A stretch of 64,000 nucleotides of DNA, taken from positions 1,024,001-1,088,000 of the forward strand of contig CAXXMV010000008.1 in NCBI GenBank assembly GCA_963662285.2, read 5' to 3'. This document shows positions 21,601 through 28,800 of this stretch, piece by piece. A program made the translations under genes and the position numbers. Position 1 is the first letter of the stretch. Each line of letters opens with the position of its first letter. Under the pieces are notes generated by a model, which was not told the origin of the DNA, ran no database searches, and was given only the letters and a program-made list of their open reading frames with translations. The stretch comes from a bacterium. Its GTDB lineage: Bacteria > Hinthialibacterota > Hinthialibacteria > Hinthialibacterales > Hinthialibacteraceae.

Positions 21601-24600
21601 AGGTTCCTTCGAGGTCTCATCCGGCGTAGGTTCGAAAATCGGATCATCAGGTTCTTCAGGAGTAGGCGTTGGCATATCCGGTGTTGGTATATCCGGCGGT
21701 GGGGTATCTATCGGAGTAGGCATATCTATCGGCGTTGGCTTAAAAGTAAAATCGCGCACAATTCGAAATGAGATTGTTTCAATGCCAATTTTGGGATTGG
21801 CGCTATCTCTTGCCGCAGACCGGCAACCGCCAATACTATCGAAAAAGCCGCCTCTTACAACACGGTTTTCTCCTTCATTTGGTCCTTGAGGATCAATTAC
21901 TGAAGATGAATTATATTCTGTATACCAATCGGCGCACCATTCATTCTGGTTGCCGCTCATATCATATAATCCCCAGTCGTTAGGTGATTTCCCACCTACC
22001 GTTTGAGGTGAATGACGAGAGTTAAACCAATTCCATGCATAATTATTAATTTCGGTATTGCTTTCATCTTCTCCCCAATAAAACCGTTCTGTGGAATCTG
22101 CCCGACAAGCATATTCCCATTCGGCCTCTGTAGGTAGACGGAAATTTCCGATATTCAATTTATTCAATTCTTCAATGAAATGATTGCAGTCTTCCCATGA
22201 AACAGCATCCACCGGATAATTAGAACCACCATAAACAGATGGCTTAACATTCATTACAGCAAACCACTGTTCTTGAGTGATTTCATATTTCGACATATAA
22301 AAGGGCCTTGAAATAGTCACTTCATGTTGAGGTCCTTCATTGGGATCTCTACCTTTCTCATAGGAGGGACTTCCCATCAGAAAGGTTCCGCTAGGAATAT
22401 AAACTAATTCAAGTGGTTTTGATCCTTCATAAAGATTTAACGGGACATCAATAAGCATGATTGGAGTGGGAGAAGGTATGGGTGTATGCGTCGGCGTATT
22501 TGTCGGCCTTGGGGTATCTGTCGGCGTCAGAGTATTGGTCGGCGTAGGTGAGTTCGTTGACGTCGGAGTATGCGTGAAAGTATTTGTTGGAGTTGGCGGA
22601 TATGGAGTTAATGTCGGAGGAAGAGACTCATGATCTCCCATTATTCTCAAAGAAACATCATCGTACCATAATATAGAATCTACGCTTTCGGTTGATCCCA
22701 TAAATCTACCGAAATATAATTTAACATATTTTGCGCTCTCCGGCATACTGTTTTTTGGAATAATAAATTGGGCGTATCGCCAATCTCCTGCCAGTCCATT
22801 GGGATAATAGGTTGTCAAACCTATATCATCCCCTTCATCGTTATATGCTCTTATCCCAATTTCCGCAACATCTCCACTAAGGGCGGGCTTATCCCATAGA
22901 TACCAAAATGTAAGTAGATACTGTTTTGATCGATCAAACTCAATCAAATCGATAGTGCTCCAATGTAATGAATAGTTTTGAACTGATGAACCTGCAATTT
23001 TTACAGAAGATGAAAATGAATGAGCAATAATACGATCCCAGATCAGGTTTCCACCAGAACCGGGATTCTCCCATCCCATAGGTAAAGAACCACTGGCAAT
23101 ATTAAATGATGGATTAGGTATCAAATTAACAGCAATAAAAGGCGTACTCGTCGCTGTTGGTGGATTTGGAGTATCAGTCGGAGTTGGTTTCGGCGTATCG
23201 GTTGGCGTCGGTTTCGGCGTATTGGTTGGCGTCGGTTTCGGCGTATTGGTTGGAGTAGGTTTTGGCGCGTCGGTTGGAGTCGGTCTAGGCGTATCAGTAG
23301 GTTTCGGAGTTGTCGTATAAGTTGGCGTCGGCAGTATTTCGTTGGCATCCCAAAACAATACAGGATCAAGAGAGGTTAATAGATATGCTCCATCAGAAGT
23401 TATGGCATAGACTAAGAATTTGTATAATTTTTTATACTGCGGACCATCAACAAATGAATCTGTAAGAAAAGGATTTCCTATCCGCCATTCAAAGTAGTAT
23501 ACAGATCCAGATTTTGTTTGTCCTAAAAATTGAGGAAATCCATTATCAATCTTAACATAAATATGGAAATTAGCAGCGTCTGATTTGCTATAATTCCATC
23601 GAACCGCAAGAGCTCTATCGTGGGCGACGTCGATATCGTAGCCACCATTTAGTTTCTCTGTTGATTGCAGATGATCGGTAACAACCACAGTATCTACAGG
23701 AATATTAAGCGGCACAGGTGGAATAGTATTGGTTGGCGTCAATGTTGGAGTATAGGTAGGCGTAGGGATGGGAGTATTTGTAAAAGTAGGAGTAGGTGTA
23801 GGGATATCGGAAAAATCAATTACGCCGGAACTGAAAGAACTGGTACTTCCAATAGTTAGATTAACAATCACGGTAAAACGGTAAGATTTATTGAATTGTG
23901 GTCCACCCTTAACGCTCTCATCGAAAATAAGAGGATTTCCTTCTCTCCACTCAAAGGATGTGGTGAGTGGATCAAGGTTGGCCGCCAGACGAACTTGACC
24001 TGTTCCCGTTCCAGCGACATTTAATTGAATCGCTTTGGGTTGAGATAGAAAGCCGCCAATGTTCCAATGAATCATCAACGCCCGATCTGATGGGGCGTCA
24101 TAATCCGTCTTGTCCATAAGATTCTCAGTGGATTGCCCATCATCTGTGACATAAATCATTTTCGGAGGAACCTCAATAGAAATGTAAGGCCTCCAGGGAG
24201 TTGGAGTAGTTATAACCGTCGGCGTATTAGTGGGAACAGGCGTCTCAGTGTAGGTAAAAGTAGGCGTCGGCGGTTTGTGCGTCGGTACTGGAGTGTAGGT
24301 ATTTGTAGGATTTGGGGTATTAGTAAATGTGGCCGTTGGTGGATATGGAGTATTCGTTGGCGTAGGCGTCGGGTTGGTCGAGGTATTTTTCCAACCATTT
24401 AAAATAACCTGTCCGACTGAAGAATCATCACGGCTATCATATATCTTGGTTAAATTTGAGATTTCTTGATTCAATTCAGTTGTAGTAGGTTCACCCCAAT
24501 AATTTACATTCGCTATGATTGCAGCCGCTCCGTTGTTTTTGAGTTCGTACGAGTGATTATCAAAAACATCATTAAAATATATCCAACTATATGTATCCGT

Positions 24601-25803
24601 AGAGATTGATGTTTGGATGCCTATATTGTTGTTCTGAATAATATTATTAATTAATTCACCACTTGATGTGGTAATATTAATGCCAATTTTCCCATTGTAA
24701 CTAATTATACTGCCATTGGAACTCAGGGCATTTGATATTCCATTATTTGTATTATAAGTAATCTCACTACTGGTTAATTCGGCAATAAAAGCGGAAGCAA
24801 TTCCATTCCACTTGTTTCCACTAATAATACTATTTTCGATAATCGCTGATGAGTTTGATCCATAATAGGAACCAATCCCGTCAGCGTCATTATCAAGTAT
24901 TCTGGAATTATTTTTTACAATAACATATCCGCCGCCATACTCAGAGCAATCGCATATTCCATGCCCGGGAAAGGCGCCTCCATTAATCGTGTTGCTTATT
25001 ACACAATTATCCACTGTTATTTTTGTTGCATAAATTCCATACCACCCATTGCCCGCTATCTGACAATTTCTGGCATTGACAGTACTCCTCCATCCATTTA
25101 TTCCTGCTCTACCATCCGTGGAATTATTAAGAATTTGACAATTCTCGATAGTCAAGACGCCTTCCCATAGATAAATGCCATCTTTCGTATTTTTTTCAAT
25201 CAGGCTATCTTTGATATCCAGATTAAGGCTCTTTTCTAATTGAATTCCAGTTTGGTTATTGGAAATAATAAGATCAGACAAGGTAGAATTAACCTTCAAA
25301 TGCAATCCAAACTCTTTATTTTCATTTATAGTCAGATTGCTGAATGAAGGATTCCCGCTATTAACAGTTATACCATTAATACCATAATAAATCTGACAAT
25401 TTTTCAAGGAAATATTTTCACCGTAAAAAATCAATCCATACCAATCCCCTTTTACCGGTGACGTGGAAGAAGAAGTAAATACAATTGGCGAGGTTTCCGT
25501 ACCTTGCGCTATCAGCGATCCATTATCGACGATTATTTCTATGCGCGAGGTATGTACACCGCCGATTTGAGCATCTACATTCGCATCGCATTCTATTCGC
25601 GTTCCCGGAAGAATAGTCAATTCGCCCGAACTGGTGACAGTCACATCACCCTTCAATTGCACAACGCCCGACCAGGTTTCCTCACCGGAAATTTCACCAT
25701 AGGTTGTAAGTGAATATGAAGTTTGAGAAAAGGAAAAGGAAAAATAACACATTAGAAGAAAAATATATTTATTACGAGTGTAATAGATATTGATATACTT
25801 CAT
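18637..25803 (-). CDS. Giant secreted protein: right-handed beta-helix, PT linkers, two VTD[DH] repeat domains, CBM-like domain, divergent FGE domain, Ig-like domains, inactive clan-CD domain, 2 C-terminal domains
   Basis: Asn/Gly/Ile-rich parallel beta-helix repeats ending in ANVNYWG; NLIPNPSF start typical of CBM4/9-like domains; FRLPTEAEWEYACRA; C-terminal ~990 aa homologous to the neighbouring giants. Confidence 0.88.
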   Translation of the reverse strand: MKYINIYYTRNKYIFLLMCYFSFSFSQTSYSLTTYGEISGEETWSGVVQLKGDVTVTSSGELTILPGTRIECDANVDAQIGGVHTSRIEIIVDNGSLIAQGTETSPIVFTSSSTSPVKGDWYGLIFYGENISLKNCQIYYGINGITVNSGNPSFSNLTINENKEFGLHLKVNSTLSDLIISNNQTGIQLEKSLNLDIKDSLIEKNTKDGIYLWEGVLTIENCQILNNSTDGRAGINGWRSTVNARNCQIAGNGWYGIYATKITVDNCVISNTINGGAFPGHGICDCSEYGGGYVIVKNNSRILDNDADGIGSYYGSNSSAIIENSIISGNKWNGIASAFIAELTSSEITYNTNNGISNALSSNGSIISYNGKIGINITTSSGELINNIIQNNNIGIQTSISTDTYSWIYFNDVFDNHSYELKNNGAAAIIANVNYWGEPTTTELNQEISNLTKIYDSRDDSSVGQVILNGWKNTSTNPTPTPTNTPYPPTATFTNTPNPTNTYTPVPTHKPPTPTFTYTETPVPTNTPTVITTPTPWRPYISIEVPPKMIYVTDDGQSTENLMDKTDYDAPSDRALMIHWNIGGFLSQPKAIQLNVAGTGTGQVRLAANLDPLTTSFEWREGNPLIFDESVKGGPQFNKSYRFTVIVNLTIGSTSSFSSGVIDFSDIPTPTPTFTNTPIPTPTYTPTLTPTNTIPPVPLNIPVDTVVVTDHLQSTEKLNGGYDIDVAHDRALAVRWNYSKSDAANFHIYVKIDNGFPQFLGQTKSGSVYYFEWRIGNPFLTDSFVDGPQYKKLYKFLVYAITSDGAYLLTSLDPVLFWDANEILPTPTYTTTPKPTDTPRPTPTDAPKPTPTNTPKPTPTNTPKPTPTDTPKPTPTDTPNPPTATSTPFIAVNLIPNPSFNIASGSLPMGWENPGSGGNLIWDRIIAHSFSSSVKIAGSSVQNYSLHWSTIDLIEFDRSKQYLLTFWYLWDKPALSGDVAEIGIRAYNDEGDDIGLTTYYPNGLAGDWRYAQFIIPKNSMPESAKYVKLYFGRFMGSTESVDSILWYDDVSLRIMGDHESLPPTLTPYPPTPTNTFTHTPTSTNSPTPTNTLTPTDTPRPTNTPTHTPIPSPTPIMLIDVPLNLYEGSKPLELVYIPSGTFLMGSPSYEKGRDPNEGPQHEVTISRPFYMSKYEITQEQWFAVMNVKPSVYGGSNYPVDAVSWEDCNHFIEELNKLNIGNFRLPTEAEWEYACRADSTERFYWGEDESNTEINNYAWNWFNSRHSPQTVGGKSPNDWGLYDMSGNQNEWCADWYTEYNSSSVIDPQGPNEGENRVVRGGFFDSIGGCRSAARDSANPKIGIETISFRIVRDFTFKPTPIDMPTPIDTPPPDIPTPDMPTPTPEEPDDPIFEPTPDETSKEPGIRITTREILQRTNGGTVTFQVIVEGFNGFNEEVRLQVRDLPDGFDAQFSHQKFVPNNQSTLIISPRDKTIFNGISGDIPLVDSFLIQALSGSDKVEEIIAYLHLLPYGAPLYNSPVPREPFFIDLRTESRNRERIGDKVVIRGEIHDNPGIRWLTVSALRPGESVPIIDDEVEISKRGGNFVTEFLVEKDSHLVLNNNDTPWKIEAFYKGTTWDNPFRAASNPLYLKVGSENPALSAKQRNRYLNVVTSTGDGSHIFSGHVIIVGGVGGLEVNTKSIEMLTTPLYHNLIDERRFDEESIHYLAPTSDVDPSVGVISSYEALEQAISDSQDANYLILYLVGSEDGGFFQFASKADFINGGILKNLLRSRIQDKSKYTLVILDAPQAGIMRESMPDELNFEMIASTGSTQDSKAIFGRTDEGQPFSFSDLFFDALLRGENVKESLKYARIHLRRIQEPNIFQIPVPLEGELKEPFASLVLGSAYVPQGKPLEDNLPPRIIDIPSTIQIVRGETLKLKARIRDEERDDEDVSNGEDVLLNVRITQHGTSINHDVSARFIKDDEFEILEENFPEKLFGPNASNGQYTLNMLVQDNTGNSTAPAITSIEVVGPARKDEFEQDNPNDSGWNIINGGFGGAQPGAAYCIDFKTDDSLIPSSHDKKGLAISVKRNQVVLVHAMQSFPTKGKTVLIRATMRSNSPHAAVWLTALKGDFNTLIDVDESQSLITNSHSSVLSSGERKLIALYHPVENESITPLIQVAGLDMDGVTTVLIDRVELYEIDDNLSYPSELFSSYMNVAESQLMINDPEPFIKYDFSQKTLQDMNWRKAQSDFTGAPEGSITPVDFPYEDNLLFSSDDRRGLAFTVQSGQVAFAFSEQSLQYTGYPYLIKVRVQSVTPDASLWLVGLKGNLITGAGIDGSLGFRQWANVSNSAGREKTIILLYEPDEGEWMTPAIQVASPINALKNSIYIDKMEIYSLEPGKAFAGELFSN
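23165..23310 (-). repeat. Coding tandem repeat, 24 bp x about 6 (PT[DN]TPKPT)
   Basis: PTDTPRPTPTDAPKPTPTNTPKPTPTNTPKPTPTDTPKPTPTDTPNP. Confidence 0.8.
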
Positions 25804-25828
25804 TTTTTGGCTCCCAATTCATAGATGA

Positions 25829-28800
25829 TTATTTCTTCGACATAAAAATAGTTCCAGGATATGCTTGCCCAGGTTCTAAGGAATATATTTGTAAACTATC
25901 GATTCGTATAATATTTTGAGATGCTTCTGATTTACTGGCAACCTGTAGAGCGGGGGTCATCCAGGAACTGGAATCCGGTTCATATAAAAGAAACATGGTT
26001 TGTTCTTTTCCCGTACAATTCGCGACGTTAGCCCATTGCCGGAATCCCAGCGATCCATCAACACCCTCGTTTAAATTGAGGTTTCCTTTGAGTCCCACTA
26101 ACCATAGTGAAGCATCCGGCGCGTCTGACTGTACTTGCATTTTAAATAGATAGGGATAGCCCGTATAAGGGAGAGATTCCTTTGAATAAGTAAAAGCAAC
26201 CTGCCCGGATTGCACAGAGAATGCCAGCCCCCTGCGATCATTGCTTGAAGGCAGCAGGTTAGCGTCATGACTGAAATCACTCGCGAAAACCATGCCTGGA
26301 GATTCTTCAGTAAATCCTCCTGGAATTTCCTGCCATTTCATCGCTTGAAGATTCGGTTTAGAAAATTCATACTCAACAATCGGATTAAGATCGTTTACAA
26401 CTTGTGTAGAACCTGAATCTCCCGGAAGAGTCGAGAATAACTCTGAGGGATATACGCTATCTTGATCGATTTGATAAGCCTCAATCCGGTCAATCAGAAC
26501 TGTAGTAACGCCTTCTGCATCCAACCCAGCAACTTGAACAACTGGAGTTACTAATTCCTCTCCTACGGGATGATATAGGACGACTAGATTTTGTTCCATA
26601 GTGGATATCACAGATGAGTTTGACGATGTTATTAGAGATTGAGAGTTATCCACATTCACCCCGGAACTCAAGTTCCCTTTTAAGGCCGTCAACCATACGC
26701 CGGCATTAGGGGAATTGGCGCGCATAGAGGCGCGAATGAGCAAAGGCTTCCCTTCTGTCGCTATCGGTTCCAAAGCAAAGAACATGGTGATCTGTTTTTT
26801 CTGGATGGTGACAGCCAGCGCTTTTTTATCTTCACTGGAAGGAACCAAGGAAGGATCGAAACTAAAATCAAGGAATGATACTGTTCCGGGAGCATTACCT
26901 GAGAAGCCGCCCGGGATTTCCGCCCAACCATTAGCGCCGATATCATTTTGATCAAACTCGTAAGTTTTGATTGGATCGGGTTTCAAAACTGGATCAGCAG
27001 ACGATGGAACGACATCGATTGAAGTTATCGCCGGAGCGGTTGAATTATCAGAGTTATCCTGTACCAGTAGACTTAATGAATATTGCCCGTTCGGCGCATA
27101 ATCTCCAAACAATGAATTTGGGAAATTATCAATATTAAGATGAAACTTATCAGTACTGCTATCATAAGTAATATATTCTAATTCAGATATCTCTTTACTG
27201 ACATTAGTTTCAAGTTGAGAAATGCGAACAGATAGAACCACATCTTCGCCGCTGCTGTCTTTATCATGAGTCTCTTCATCTCGAATAGCGGCTTCCAGGA
27301 CAAGTGGTTCTCCACGAACATGCTCAATAGATGCAGGAACGCCTTCTATAGCTGGAGGAAGGTTGTCGTTTATACTTTCATCTTCTTCAACAAAGGCGGA
27401 ACCGATAATCAACGAAGCGAATTCTTCCTTCAAATCTGATTCCAACGGTTCCGGGACTTGCGCAATGTTCGGTTCCTGAATGCGCCTTAATTGATTCCGG
27501 GCATAAGCCAGAGATTTATAAACTGTTTTGCCTGATAAAATTGCATCGAAAAATAAATCTGAGAACGAGAAGGGTTGCCCCTGGCTGTCAGAGAAAATCG
27601 CAGGATGCTGATCTCCCGTGCTGGCGATTATTTCCAGTCCCTTGTGGGTAGGCAATCGATCACGAAGGAATCCCGCCTGTTGTATATCGATAATGACCAG
27701 CGTACGCTTATTGGCGTCTCTACAGCGAGGAGATAGAATTTCGGCTAATGTTGGACCATTAAGCGGCGTACCTGAAGCGAAATAGAACACGCCTCTTTCT
27801 CCCGAACCGATTAAATACAGGAGGAGAAACTCCGCTTCAGACGCCTGGTCAACTGCATCGATTAATCCTTGCTCGCTGGATTCAACATCCAACTGTGGAT
27901 TAGAACTATGAGACAGGAGAGTAACCGAGTCATCAGTCAGGCGTCTTTCGGAAACCAGGCTTTTGTAAATCGAGCCAGTCAGTTTTTCTATTTGACCTGC
28001 ACTGATGTCATCCCCGTCTTTGCCGCCCACAATAATTACATGTCCTGTATAATTTTCCAGACTTTGAGATTGCACCACCGAACGGTATTTCACTTTTCCA
28101 GGGAGATTAGCCCTGATAGAACCTACGGGAATGAACAATGGTTCGCTCTGTCCTCTCAGAGGAAGATAGTTTAATCCGATATCAAAGGAGGCGTCGATCC
28201 GCCACTGGACGTCATCAGGATCATTTATCAATTGATCAGAGTTTTCCACCAGAAATTCCGCTTCAAAATATCCACCACGATCAGAGACAGTTACTTTCTC
28301 AGTCACAGGATTGCTATCTCCCGGTCGGAGAGCACGGACGAATACATCAGATATCCCCGTATAGCTGCGAATCTGGCCTTTTACTACTACCGTTGACCCA
28401 GCAGTTTCATCCAGTTTGGATGGAGAAGCCAGATAGATGGGAATCGGTTCTCGATAGACGACATCGCCGTCAAGCGTCGTGTAACCGCGGGTAAGAATTT
28501 CGATTGACGCTTCCTCGGAATCACTCTTTGAGGGAGAACTGCCTTTGATAGAGAATTTTTCCACCAATCCTCTTGATGTAATGGAATCGAAAATATTATT
28601 GTCACTATTGGGCGTAAGGATCAACCGGGATACCGCGGGAGGAACCACTGGGTTCGGAACAAATCTCACGTCGAAACCATTTGGAGCATTAGGCGTGTAT
28701 AAATCCACTTTCTCATTAAATCCATTAACACCCTCAACATTGACGGTAAAAACAACGCTTTTGCCATTGCAACGGCGTAATAATTCAAGAGTTGTTATTT

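Noticed and set aside
2555-26985. Terminal domains as canonical T9SS C-terminal domains
   Set aside because: They are about twice the length and lack the YPNP and G-x-Y...K-x-x-x-x signatures.
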